Part shown: piece by piece, positions 27,801-42,800 of the stretch | How positions within the stretch are numbered: position 1 is the first letter of the stretch | Layout: every line of letters starts with the position of its first letter | Assembly: GCA_002633005.1 (NCBI GenBank) | Contig: NMRA01000278.1 | Location: 401,873-465,872 of the forward strand | DNA length: 64,000 nucleotides | From: Phoronis australis | Taxonomy: Eukaryota > Animalia > Phoronida | Reading direction: 5' to 3' | Program-made: the position numbers and the translations under genes | Notes under the pieces: model-generated | Seen by the model: only the letters and a program-made list of their open reading frames with translations | Databases searched by the model: none | What the model was told of the DNA's origin: nothing

Positions 27801-30800
27801 ACTACTACACTCCTTGGTGAAACCCTGCTCACTACAACTTGTGACTCACAAGTGAACTCTCCTATACTACTACACTCCTTGGTCAAACCCTGCTTACTAC
27901 AACTTGTGACTCACAAGTGAACTCTCCTATACTACTACACTCCTTGGTCAAACCCTGCTCACTACAACTTGTGACTCACAAGTGAACTCTCCTATACTAC
28001 TACACTCCTTGGTGAAACCCTGCTCACTATAACTTGTGACATGGCAGCAATGTGTAACGGCAATACCTGTAAAGCCAAGTTGGAAAACAGCCCAGCATTC
28101 CTTGAACCCATATCCTTCCAGTTCACCAACTGTGTACCACCTTGTGACGTTCCTATGGCAACCATGTACTTTGCAATGCCACTCTCATGGTCATAGCCTC
28201 TCCAGTAGGTATTTAGCCCCTCCTCTCCAACATGAAGGACAGTGGGCGTGGCCTCATTGGCATCAATCTCCTCCTCTTCTTCCTCCAGACCCACATGCAC
28301 CTATGATTGACATCAAAAACACATTTTAGACAGCTGCCATTCCAACAGTGAAGTGTCTAGAGCACATAGTCATATGTGCATCTTATGCAATTCAAAAAGC
28401 AGCAATTCATATCACGCAACTGCTTAGTATTAAAAAGCAAACATAACCCCTACTGTACAGCAAAATTTTCAATTAAGAAGAACAATGGTCCAAAGTCAGT
28501 CATTTAAGAAGAATCTGTAAGGTCATAATCCTGGCTGGGCTCGAGTATTGAAAGCAAGATACGGATATTGTTTTCTGCATTCCATTAAAATCATTACATC
28601 CCCATTGTGTACGTGTCTGTATATAATGGCAAATAAGAATTGCAGAGTAACTATGGCAACCCAGAATCCAATAATATAAGTAAACTTTCTTATCTATGGA
28701 ACTTTCATGATGCAAAGTGAATCAAATTAATTTTGTACGATGCGTTATGCCCTCTACTACAAAAATAAAGTTTGATTTAGTGATGGTTTGATTTTATTGA
28801 GTCAGAGTAGGGCAAATTTGTGCCCAAGAAAACTACTAATTTCTTGAAACAATTTTATTTCTTGAAACACCCATGAATTCATTCGTATTAATGACCTGAT
28901 TAACATGCCTGCTTACCTTAAACATGGTGGGAGGGCTCGTGTCAATGATCACACCTGGTGATGAGTGCTGTGTGGACAGTCTGGCATTGTTGACCGCTGT
29001 CACAGTGAAAAAGTAGCGCGCCCCGTTGATCAGGCTCAATGACACGTCTTTACTGAAGGCTGCGTTAGTGGCCGATTCCACCTCGTCGCTGCCACTCAGT
29101 GGGAACTTCTGAAACCAGAAATACGCGTATCTTGCTGTTAGTCAGTCTGCGTGCATCTGTTACTTGTGATTAATAGGTGAACTTGAAATGACTTATAAGT
29201 TTCTAAATGTTATGGAGAGCATGTTCTCTTGAGAAAATGATTCCAATTTACAGTAAAAAAACAACATCGATGATCAAACTGCTATGTGCCAAGATGCGAA
29301 AAAAGTACTGTCATGTGAAACATGCAGCTTGTCACATGGAAAATGAGTTTCCGTAAAAAGGTTAGTATCTTGTCAAGTATTTGGCTGAAATAAAGGTACA
29401 CATTACCAATCATGTTGGTCACTTTACTTTCAACCAAACACTTGTTTCAACTCATGTTACTTTCTCATCAGCATATTAGGAAGTTCTACACATTAACAAG
29501 TCTGTACACCCACCCACACCACGGAATGTCATGCATATTGCACATATTAACAAGTCCGTACACCCACCCACACCATGGAATGTCATGCATATTGCACATA
29601 GTAACAAGTCTGTACACCCACCCACACCATGGAATGTCATGCATATTGCACATAGTAACAAGTCTGTACACCCATCCACACCATGGAATGTCATGCATAT
29701 TGCACATATTAACAAGTCTGTACACCCACCCACACCATGGAATGTCATGCATATTGCACATAGTAACAACTCTGTACACCCACCCACACCACGGAATGTC
29801 ATATATATTTACTGGCTCTAATATTCTAAAAGCACTTTTTGTATGAAGCCTTTGGTTCTCAAGAGTTCCTTTCCTAAAACAACAGCCACGTTGAACAGTT
29901 TCCAAACAGACTATAATTCACGTGAAACAATTGAGGTTGTGAAAGCGCGAGCTCAACATATACTTTAACTCATAAAGCTAAGCATTCAATTTTCCACAAT
30001 TTATACCCTAGTTTTTCATCATGACCAGGAACTTGTTGAATAAAAAAGTTACTTCAATAACCATAGAATCTCTCTTCATTTAACGCTGTTGTAAACTTGG
30101 AGCAGACGAAGACACTAAATTATCAATGTAGACCACCTACCTCAGAGACATCTCACCTGTGTGATGGCTCCATTGTACTGTTGATAGATGGTATATCTAT
30201 TAATAGACATCTTACTTGCGTGATGAGTCTATTGTACTGTTGATAGACAGTACACCTACTAAATAATAGACATCTCACCTGTGTGATGAGTCCATTGTAC
30301 TGTTGATAGACAGTACACCTATTAAAAGACTTCTCACCTGTGTGGTGGCTCCATTGTACTGTTGATAGATGGTATACCTGTACTCAGCCAGGTTCGACTC
30401 GGGGTCGTTGTACTCCCAGCTCACATGAAAGCTGCTGTCATCTTTCTGGTATCTAAAATGAGCATAGTACTCCCTCAACATAACATCCTACACTAGGCTC
30501 CAGGTCATTAAGTGATATTACAGAATGGAAAACCGCTCACAAGACACGATATTCTTGCAGTTTAATCATCTGTCGTTACAAACAAACACTGTATGACTAC
30601 ACTGGACTATTGCCTGTTGCTTGGCTACATTTTTTGTCATTTCTTAATTTCCCCTAATATCAATTCATGGTATTCATATTGAGTTTTTGAGACATCAAAA
30701 TCAGTTCAGAAATGACAACAACTCGTGTACGTGTTGGGTTCATTTGAGCGGTTATCCAGGACAGGCTGATCTCAATCACATCTCTTGTATTCTAGTTGGT

Positions 30801-33800
30801 GTACTTGGAATGGATAAAAGAGCTTTGAAAGAGTCAGAAGCTTGGGTAAAATGGAACCAGTGTATGAATTAATTGAAGTGTGTGAATGACAAGAGCTGAG
30901 CTCAGGTTAGTCACTTGGCCACACAGTCAGCTGTAAATTCATAGTATTGTATACTGACTCGTAGTGCAGCTGAGATGGAAAGGCTGCCCATTTGCGCAAC
31001 AGTAATGCGTGTTGCCAAAAGCCTTACACAGGTTAACCTTATTAATATGCATTATCCACAATCAATCAATCAATCAATCAATCATCATTTATTTTATTGA
31101 CCTCTACCAATTGCTACACAGCCATAATTTGGGCTTATAAGTTACCATTTCCAAAAAGCGTTTTCTTAAAACTGGTCAATTCTTGATGCTATATAGAGCA
31201 TGCTACACTGTCCAAAATTATTCAAACTGTGAACTTAGTGAAAGCTTCATGTAGTGATAATTAAGCCATCTCATGTAAAAGCAAGACGTACAACTAAGGG
31301 TGAAATCCACTTGGTGTAAAATGAGTATCATGTAACATTGTAGGACCAAACTTACTGTGTTAAAAAAGTCTAAACAGGTTTCACCCAAAACACAAAACAG
31401 AATATCTTAAAGATGACATTGTAAGTGGCTTTAAGAGAATCTCATTGTATCAAAACATGAGTGTGTTATTTCACAACCAAACCGTTAGACAATCCCTTAA
31501 CAAAAAACCACGTACCCTGAGCCTGGGTTCTTGTTGTCCGTCAGTGAAACTAGATTGGGCGGAGTCAAGTCAATTATGTAACCATTGGAGATGGCACTGG
31601 TGGTCGCCGTGGCACCATTCTCCGCCGTAACCTCCACCTTGACCACATCGGCGTGTCGCAAGTAGAAGTGATGCTCTTCAAAATGGCGGTCGGTGGACTT
31701 CCGGTTGACGAATGCCTCCAACAATTTATCATTGACCTTGACGTCGATATCATACTTGGTGACATTGGATTCGGGATCACTGAATCCTGAAGCGATCACA
31801 AAAGTTATGACAAGGTTGTTGTTAAGGTTACAGAGGACCTTAGTAACAAATATGGGCATTCAGCCAAATATTTACAAAACAGTACTTTAACTCAAAAACG
31901 TAATTTAATGTTCTGAAACTAAAAAGCCTGTAATTTAATGTTCTGAAACTAAAAAGCCTGTCGCGAATAATTTAATGGCACTGATTCTTCAATCAAAATG
32001 GCGCTGCAACTTACCGTCCCAGTCGGCCATCACAGCCGAGATGTCATAGTGGTAGAGTGTGTCTGCAAGCCCGTCTCTTCCATCGGTCACTGTACCCTGG
32101 ACAGGTGGTGTGAGGTCAATAAGAACTAGAAATGAAAACAAATCAAGGGGTTCAAAACTTTGAGGCAAAAAAAGACCACAATTAAGGCCACCATGGACCA
32201 TAATGACAAGTCTCTATAGGTTTTAGCTCAGTTAATTTTTTGAAAGTAGAAACCCTGTAAAATTTGATACTTATCTTTTTACCAATCTGTCACTTATTGG
32301 GTCACCTGACCACTTATTGGGACATGTGACCATGTCTTTCTGTTATATTTAGCATAAAAGTAATTTACATGAAATGCAAACAAATCTTACGTTATAAGCT
32401 TAAGATGAGGTCTCAAGTTTTCCAGTTTTCTAAAATATTGTTTCATTTTCATTTTGTTGAAAACATGACTAAACTTTTTGTTTGAAAGCTTGATACAGTT
32501 GCTCATAGTGTCTCCTTTCTTCAGGTGTGCACCTATGTAGCAACTTTAGATTTTTTGTCATGAAAATCCTAAAAGTTGCTCCAACTCCAATTCCCAACTG
32601 CAAGTGATCCTGAGCAATTGGGTTTTTGTAAAATGGCCTAAACCCCAATCTTGTTAAATCTTATAAACACCATCTTTTGGTGACAAAGTCACATGGACAC
32701 CTTGTCACTAGATCAACTTGACATGTGAACATGAAATCCTAGCTGGAGTTCACAATTTGATGATCTAACTATCCCTAATGAATCTAGAGATGTTTGAATA
32801 GAGAGCACCAAATAAGCCTTACATGTTATACCAAATTCTTGCACACCATTGGAAGACTTTGGGCATCCATTACAAAGTGTAGGAAAATCCAAGAGAACAC
32901 CTGACTGTCTCTAACGGATTATTCGACTCACTGGGAAAATCAAAAATCTCATTTTGAAGTTGAATGCATTACACATATAACTCTCGGCTTTTAGAAATGT
33001 CACGTAACTGCAACTTATCACTTACCGCCATTGGAGCTGCCGTTGACATACTTCGGTATCAAACCTCTGTTGGAGGCCGTCACCATGGTGTAATACTTAG
33101 AATTGTGGGTAAGATTCAAGCCCGTCTGACAGTATGTTTTTGTTCTGAAGCTGAACTGAACGTCAGTGTTGTTGGTGAGATCTTTACCACCAACTGTCGA
33201 CCCCATGCGCACATAGTACCTGCATGAACAGAATATTTGGTGACAACACTCACTCTGAAACATGACTTTAACCAACTGCATTCACATACTTTCATAACTC
33301 ATACACTTACAATATGACCGAATACATCGCGTGTAATACATATATGTGCTTAATATAAAATATTAAGTAAACCTACATAGACATGCACAAACCAGATTTT
33401 CATTAAATAACTTTCGCAGTACGGTAAGTTGTTCTTATTCATGCACTCGAATCGTCAGATATGTCAGATTTCACCTTTTGGATACTCAACTCAATATGCC
33501 AGTTTCATTGATGAAGACTCACTAAAACAACCTAACCTTGGCCAACAACAGCAAATGTCACCAACACAAAACTGACACACCAAATTCTCCATCAGTACTC
33601 CAGCGCACACAATGTTTACACAAATGCCTGTATTCACAAAACGCTAAAAGAGCTCAAGAGTGACTCTCACCTGGATATTCCCGAGTGTGGGTCGTAGAAG
33701 AAACGCCACTGGGCACACAGTTGATCATTGTACTTGGAGAACTGGAGGTCACGCTTGTACACCAGCCCGTCTAACACGTCGCCGGCGATGGGCGGAGATT

Positions 33801-36800
33801 TGTCAACCAGGAGGGGTGTGTCACCATGACCAGCGACAAACAGCTCAACTAAGGACATGAAGGGCAAGACATTTTTAAACAATCGACGGAATAATGACAG
33901 CTGGCCATGTACTACTCCAAGGACTGATCCCCAAAACGTTTTGCATCAGTGTATAATAGCACTAACTTCATTTACCACATTCAACAGAGCACAAAACAAT
34001 AGACACATTCCTGAGTTTGCACAAAAAATAAAACAAGGAATGATAAAAAATAGTGATTTTGACTTGGAGTATAAACATAAGACCCAGCGCACTGGAAAGA
34101 ATTCTAAGTTGTCCATACAATTACTTCGCCACGTAGTGAATATCATCCTTTACCATTGTTAAGAATCTGGAGGCGAATCCAGGCCGGCTGCCCCTCTGGC
34201 ATCACAATCTCGTCCATGGTCAGTATTAGGTACTCCAACACTTCGGGGTTGCCCGTACTTTCGTCCGAATATGGCCTCAATTTGACGTCGTACTTGGAAC
34301 GACCGAGCCCGAACTCAACCAGGTTGAGGCCTAGTGAGAGAGGAGGCAAATGCACAATTATTGACAAGACTGATATGAAGTAGAATTTCAAAATCTCAGT
34401 TCAAACTTTCTAGTTTCAGAAAACAAAATAATACATTTTTACAGTAGTTTAATGTAGATATTTGAATAAATACACTGCAAATAAGGGTTAATGTCTTACA
34501 CGACCTTATTTTTAATGAAATGTTACCTGACAGTGTGTCTGAAGCATTGAAGTATACAATTAGAATGTCCATGTTCTCGCTGTACAGAAAATGGTCGACA
34601 CCGTACAGAATGGGCGGGGTCACATCGATGATAAGTGGGTAACTGTGACAGACAGTCGTCACTAGCGATCCGCCAAATATGACGTTATTCAGTCCCTGGA
34701 TAAAATAAGCACAGCATAATTAACCCACTAAATGGACTGCAGCCACTCTATTGCCATGGTTACCTTCGATGCATTCAGTCCTTACGTAGCCTAGCAACAT
34801 GATAACTTGAGCTGAAGTGGTTCACAGCTTTTCACTAATAGTTTGTAATGTGGCTTGCGGCTTTGGGTTTACCAATTGCATTGTTCTCAGAAAGTCAAGG
34901 ACAAATCTATAACAAAGTTAGCAGCAAAGAACATAATTACAATACCTTCAAAGTATTGTAATGTTTCAGTTTTACTGCAGAAAAATAATTGACAAAATGG
35001 CAATTTTTCTAATTTTAAGGGCAGCTTACTTTCTTGGTTGAAATAATAGACCTTCATTAAAATGTTGCTTTTTGACATCTAAACTGTACAGGCCAAGCTA
35101 CCAATTGACTACAATTTTCTTTGTTAATATTTTTTTGAAAATATAAAATTTCACCAGTACGCCAAACAGGGTCCCAAATAGGTGAATAATTATTGTGCTA
35201 AAGACGTCACAAAACCACTGAAATGTCTGTTATGCACAAGCAAGATAATTCAGGCCAACAACACACTGCCAGATGAAGAGACCCTTTTTTGCAGTTACCT
35301 GGACAGTGAAGTAATAGCGCCCCTCTTGCAGGGGTGCATCCTTGAACGTGGCCAGTCCCTTGTGGTTCCAGTGATCGCGGGAGGCCAGGTGAGCATGCGG
35401 GTCCTCAAAGTCGGCGATGTCGTTGCCACAGACCGACATGCCAATCTTCCACGTATAGGCATACATTCCACTGTCCTTATCAACAAACTCATCCCAGTTG
35501 GCTAAGAAATACAAAATTTATAATGTTGTATCAGAGGAAATAATTAAAAGAGTACAATGATTGACAACAGAAGCTATGCCAAACAATCAACAATTGTTTC
35601 AACATTAAATAACTTGCAAAATGAAATTACAATTATTACAAATTTAGAGCACATTATCAGAACTTCCACTGTATACTGGTCGCATTATTTGACTGAGCGA
35701 ATACTAAAAGCAACACATCTAACAAGTGTCGTTTACACCAAGAGTTATAACTAGACTTAGTGTGGGCACTACTTGTCCTATGCAACTTGACACATGTGAT
35801 TACTTTATCCAGGGTAACAAGCCCCAGGGCAAGTAATGTGGATGCAAACCTGTCCATACAGTGGAAGTAATGTGGATGCAAACCTGCCCATACAGTGGAA
35901 GTAATTACCAGCTGTGCCCTTGATCATATAATATAATCATTTTTGCCCCATATGTGGCGTACGCTGTAGGGTATGAAATCTGGATCCCAGGACAAGCTGC
36001 TCTGGGGAAAGTTGGTCTAGGATAAATCATGGTGTGGACATGACTTAAATGTTAATCTCATAAAGAAAATTTAAAGAGCATGGTTTCTACCATTGGCATA
36101 GCTTGTGGCTAACTGATAGTGTTTCTCTTCCAATGGCTTCTCTCCACTGAACACAGCTCTGTCTTCCAGTCCATCAACAATGTATCTGTGATTGGGTTGA
36201 TCCGTGACCTCGTGACATCGCTGGGTGATGGCTGCCTCACAGAAATGCGCTAGGACCTCATCAGACTGAGGATTGACTATATTGGCCGGATCAGGAGGAG
36301 TGAAGTCTATGATGGTACAGCGGCCTGGACCAGGGTTGATAATGGACTACAATGATTAGGGATGGTTATCTCAAAATGAAACATACATGACGGGGAAATT
36401 AATTTTACAAGAAAATCAAATTACATTGTAACAACAAATGACAAGAGACATTACATGTCAATCATTTACTGACCATCAATCTAGTGGCCGTTCATTTTAC
36501 ATAATTAGCATGCCTGAACGAGGCTTGATGATGGCAGTCTCATAACCAGAAATGAAATAAACACAACGGTCTAATTGATACGGTCTGCTGTAACACTATG
36601 ACAGGCTGTGAAAGACAGCCACAGCTTTAACACTGATAGCTCAACGCATCCAAGGAGGATAAAAGTGATTTTGTTGTGATTCAGGCATGAAGTTGCATTA
36701 CAAGAAATGTAAATCAGCTGAACCAGCTCAGTAGGTGTGTGTTATCCAATAGGAAGGAGATACTGGTCACAATCTCAAACTAAAAAATGATGAGTCAAAG

Positions 36801-39800
36801 AATAAAAAATTAATAGACAACAACAGTCTATATTCAGCTTCCTCTGTAGAAACAATAAATTTCAATTTCACAAGTTTCCACGAAGCTGAAACTAACTTAC
36901 AGTGTATCCCAACCAGTTAGTTATATCCACGTTGACACAGTACTGAGAGCTGTGCTCTGTCTCAATGTCATGTCTGAATACTTTGGCATAGCCCAGGTTG
37001 AGACGCTCGTAGTACGACCAACCAGCACTCTGCTTCAGGTCCACCTAGTCACATAACAAACACAAGACTTTGTAAATTATTGAGGTCAGCATATGACATA
37101 AGGTACCTAAGCTACATTAATCAATGGTCGAGCTGTGAACAGCAATTTTCAATCAAAGACAACCCAGTGCCACACAGGAAACAGTGATCGTACAAGTAAT
37201 TCCTGGGGAATATTCAAATGACCAGAGTGCAAAACTATGGTAAAAATTCTTAAACTTGCATGAAAAGGACACCGTGGTGACACCTATTTGGTTAGTTTAA
37301 GGCAACCTGACTAGTTAGCTTACCTCTAAAACTCACCCAGCACCTTGAAAAAAACACTCCCACTGCAGCGCATAACAAAGTGAAAAGCTAAAAACACACG
37401 GGATACAACCCTGGCCTAAAGTGTAGCAGATAATCCACACTCAGTGGTTCACTTCTGGCCAGGACAAAACACAATAGACCAAATTTACCTTGGGCCATAA
37501 TCCAATTTGTTGGAAATAAAGGTAAACCATGAGTCACCATGGAATTTGCAGTTTAGGGCCAGATTGTATTCAAAATGCACATTTCTTCTCTTTTCAAACC
37601 AACGATTTGCTGCTCTGCAGGAAAAATTGAACCTTTTCAGCCAATGTTGTGACACCTGTTTTGAGACACCTTTGTTACACAGACTTCGTCGACGTTGGAG
37701 GAAATCTTTCTTACTGAGATTTTTGTAGAAAAATTTTATAACACAAAATCCCACTTTTTCACCACCAAAACCGGGGAATGTGTGAAACAAAATAAAAAAG
37801 TTTGCCAAAATTGTCCGATTCTTCTAGTTGTACTGGTAACGGCGATTATACATCTGGTTTATAATCTTTTTCAGAAGCAATTATCACCATAAACGAATGA
37901 GACATTCAAGCAGTGTTGATCTCAAAGAGACAACCTTACTATAAAGTCATAAGATTTGCCAGCAGGTTAAATACAGACTTGGTATCATCGCGACATGAAC
38001 ATTAAACATCTATTTAGTTTATCCAATCAGTATGCATTGACGAATCAGCTCCTGCACCAAGAAGCCAATTAAAAAATGATTAACCCTGAAAGGTAAAAAC
38101 CTCGATATACATCCTTCCTAACGTCACAGTTTTTAAAATCGTGAAACAATTTCAAGTGAACTAGAGTCTCAGTGCTCTGGTACAGCTTACCTCATACACA
38201 TGCAAAATGACATCATTCATGTACTCACCCCACTGGAAGGATTCCAGATGACAAAGTGCAGTAAACATGCCTTGGTAACCACGTTGTACTCCATAGAGAT
38301 ACACTTGCGTCCATAGCTGAGGCACTTCCCGCCGCACGCCGCTGGCGACGACTCCGTGGACTCGGCAATTGCTTCAGCATTGCTCAGGTGCCCTTCCTTG
38401 GGCGGGCTGAAACTCTGCATGACCCCGGTCTGAGAAGAGAGAGATTGTAACAAACGCATGTAACTATAGCCCATAATCATCAATGTGTGGTTGGTGATGA
38501 GTCAGATGTGAGTGAGTCAGCTACAACCATTAAGAGAGAAAAGGGAAAAGATATGGTTGTGGCATGGTATTACTGTCTGACAAGACTACCATAATGGCTA
38601 AATTACCATTAATAACTTTTGAATACAATTAATGGAGATACGGCCACAATATCATTGACAGGCATACGGACAAACATACAGACAGATGCTCATGAACACT
38701 ATGTACCAAACATGATTTTTTACCTCCAGAGTGTTCAACGTGGGTGCATTAAAGCTGAACGCAGTCCACTCTACATATCTGTCGCCACCCACTTCTCCTG
38801 GATTGTTACCCAAACCATGGAACAGTTGGTCTGTATTCAAGGGACTGTCCTCGAATGCAGTCACGGACCCCCTGTTGACAAGAGCACAGCTAAGAGAATG
38901 AAGGCACAAAGCTGGACTTTTTCACCAAGTGTGTTTATTTTATTTATGACACCCATTACCACACTATGTTTGACAACTCTGGAAAGTCTTTAAAATGTCT
39001 TTGTTTACCTCGCTCTACACTCACTCCATCTGTAGGTTAGGAGGTAAAACATTAATTTTCATTGACCCATTCCCCATTTCAGGGACATGTTATTGCAAAA
39101 AAAAATCTTTTTTATGAATAACAACTGGTATTTCTTTTGATTTGCAAATAACATATTTTGCGTCATGTAAATGTTTTACGGTCAAAACTTCAATTTTGGT
39201 TAACTTTGTCAANTCTGTATTCAAGGGACTGTCCTCGAATGCAGTCACGGACCCCCTGTTGACAAGAGCACAGCTAAGAGAATGAATACGCAAAGTTGGA
39301 CTTTTTCACCAAGTGTGTTTATTTTATTTATGACACCCATTACCACACTATGTTTGACAACTCTGGAAAGTCTTTAAAATGTCTTTGTTTACCTCGCTCT
39401 ACACTCACTCCATCTGTAGGTTAGGAGGTAAAACATTAATTTTCATTGACCCATTCCCCATTTCAGGGACATGTTATTGCAAAAAAAAATCTTTTTTATG
39501 AATAACAACTGGTATTTCTTTTGATTTGCAAATAACATATTTTGCGTCATGTAAATGTTTTACGGTCAAAACTTCAATTTTGGTTAACTTTGTCAAATAC
39601 GGCAACGTCATTTAGAAATTGTTACAATTAAATAGGTTTACAAAACCCTGTGGGATTTTTGTGATTCTTTACATCTCCAATCTGTACAAAAAATGAGATC
39701 ATTATGCCAGTATTTTCTCGATCTTTTATCTTAAAATCTTGTAAAAATATGCCAAGCTGATCAACTGTCAACACAAACATAGTCGGAATATTCTTGTAGA

Positions 39801-42800
39801 AACCAACAAGCTAACACAATGCAATACCTTCCACTTAAAATGGAACTAAAAAACCAGCATTGTGATGACAATACAACTTTCAAAAAAATTTTTGTCTCCT
39901 TTGCCAAAAACCTCGTACTTGGGATGTTCTTTTTGGATGCAATCACTTTAATAATTAAAAATGTTTCTGAAAGAGCCTCAAGAGAGTAGTTTCTGCTATT
40001 GAGCGTTGACAAGCATAACGACAAATTCATGATGAGAGCTGCAGAATGAAGAGGGAATTTGTTGATATTATGAAATTTCGCATAGTTTCCACGTCGAGTT
40101 TTCAACCATTTCTCATTCTTCATGAGATTTCCACGCACTGAAATTATTTTGTTGTTTTCAGATTTTCCAAGTCGAGCAGCAGCCACCGCACAGACAAAAA
40201 CTGATTTTACAAAATAAAACTTTTGAAGCAATCCATCAGCTTACTGGACAACTTTAGGATTAGCGGAGTACAGGTACAGCATGTCCACTCGACCCTCTGG
40301 TACGGTGTTGTCATAAGTCTCCAGTTGGCACTGTGCCAGGTTTGTCTGACCCTGTTCGTTGACGGCCCTGACGGTGAAAAACAGTCGAATACCACCAGGC
40401 ATCTGAGCCTGGGCAGTAATAGTAGGCGTCCCCATCTCAGTCCAGTCCTGCAATACATAATTGTGCTATGTAGCAAAAACCAATTTTACAGTTAAATGAT
40501 TCTATAAATAGCCAAACAGCTGCTACCGATATTACTTTGCCTTTCACCAACATGGTGTTGTCTTAAGGTGTAACTTCCAACACAGTCGTGGTATTCACTT
40601 CTTCAACTTATGTCGTTTTAATATCTTTAGCTTGTTCAAACTGGCACAAGTGTGTGTCTTGGAGACTCTCCAACCTTTAGCGGAAATTTGCACTGCTTAA
40701 ATCGTGCTGGTTCAGTCGACTTTCCAATATCTTAAGAAAAACATCAGAAGACTTTACTCATGATGAACCCAATCCAGAGAGGTCTGCTTGAGTCTGATCA
40801 GGTGATTAGTGCTAATATGAGCCCAACTACGTGGCCTGAGTGTGCTTGGAGCACAGCAGAAGGCAACAGGCCACCTGCCTATTTTTGTGTGACCAGAAGA
40901 TGTTCAAACAATATGCTAATATTACTTAACAGTAATGTTTTTACTAGGGATTGCATTGTGGGTAATTTTGACGATATTGTTGGTGCTACTACAACAGCCA
41001 GATGTTAATCCAATGTTGTTGCTAAGAGAATTACATTTCAAACTGCTCTCGTTGTTGTTGTTGTTGTAGATAGCATCAATGCTGGTGTTTGGATAAAGAG
41101 TTATGGGGTCAATAGTGTTTGCTACATGATGTTAATGTTGTTGATGTTACTCACAATTATGTTGTTGCTTCCCTCAGAGTCTCCCACAGCATAGTGAACC
41201 TTTAACTCACTGTTGTCATCCTCTGAGTACACGGACAGTTCAAACTGAGTGTCAGTAGTATCAAGGTCAGGAATCTGCGCCACCTACGGGAACACAACAA
41301 AACAACTCCATACATTAAGAACATTTAATAGCACATTTTTCATTCAATAACTTAAGGTTGCAATTTCGTCAATTTCAAGACAACTAGGAAAATCATTCAC
41401 AATTAATTCTTTACGAGGTCCCATTTCAACGTAAAAGAAGTACAGTACAGCACACAGGATGGTGGAGAGCAGTTCAGGATGACTGATGTACAATTCCCTT
41501 TACTGGGGGATGGATGGCAGCCCCTCACTGTCTTGAACATCAGATTGTTACCTTGTCAGACACTTGCCTCGTAGTTGCCTTTTGACACAAAATTCATGAA
41601 CTGTGATGTACACTTCATGTCATTTGGTTCAAAATTACCAACAATTCCTACAATGGTACTAAGGAACTAATTTCCAAAGATTGAATTTTTGTCTAATAAG
41701 CGAGATGAATTCAAGTTGTCATCTCATCACGTGGAATTTTCTCATTAACTCCCAATCCAGTACACCACACCTCACAAAGGACAAATAATCACTAAAGTTC
41801 TCCTTTCAGAATGGATCAAACAAGAGAGTGTCACCTATTTAACATAGTTCTACCCATAGAGGGAAAAACTTCAAATGTTGTCTTCATAATTAGCCATTCA
41901 ACACTGTGTGTATTATCATTATGTGCAAAATTTGCCTAATACTACGCAGACTGAGATGGATGGAGTACCTGGCACGGCTGACCAGATCGCTTAAAAATGG
42001 TAGAGCTGGACGGACCCTCAAAGCGAGGTGGTGAGTCATCCTCCTCCGCTTTCTCAATAGTGAACATATTCATTTTGATCGACTTCATGGCATACTTCCA
42101 AATGGTTGCCTCAAATATGGTCTCCGTGGTGACCAGCAGGTGAGCCTCTACATAGGCCAGCAGTTCCAGTCGAAGCGGGGTCAGAACCAGGTCCATGCCC
42201 CCGCTGGAAATAATAACAGCCAAAAAATGTCAAATGCAGCACTTGCATATTGATTAAAATGAAAGATTCATACTATCTTAGTGGAAATGATTTCATTGTC
42301 ACCCTGGGCTTGAATATATTATGAGGATTTTGTCACCTTTCTTTAATTAATGCAAAAAAGCAGCAAAAATTATGAAGAAAACCAGTCACAGGAAATCACA
42401 TCCAGCAAAAATCAATACATAAAAATGAAGTTTAAGTTTCAGGTGATATCACTTTTATTGCGTTTCTTAAAAGAAATTGATTCGCAAATTCTGAACAGGA
42501 AACCAGAGGAATTCTTGCCAAAATAAAGTTGAAAAGGCAACACTGGTTTGGTCTTACCTTAGATCCAGAGGGAACTGTTGAAAGCCGACGTTGCCGATAC
42601 TGGGGAACCTGGTCTCAACCAAGTAACCAATCAGCTTTGCTCCTCCCTCTAGGATACCTAAAGAGATAGCAACCGAACCCCAGACTTTGGCCCCAGCCCA
42701 CGGGATGGCAGTGACTTCAGCCCGCATGCTCATAATACAAAGCTTGACACCCATGAAGGCTCCTACTGTGCCCCCAGCTCCAAACTCTGAAAAAAAAACA

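Noticed and set aside
29412-29905. Four overlapping periodic ORFs
   Set aside because: 57-bp intronic repeat (multiple of 3); no splice or phase support
35832-35905. ~35-bp duplication as another splice-junction repeat
   Set aside because: No open exon adjoins it; exons 29 and 30 join directly in phase
38830-39596. Real partial exon duplication
   Set aside because: Copies abut exactly at an N and differ by a few substitutions, typical of an unmerged contig overlap
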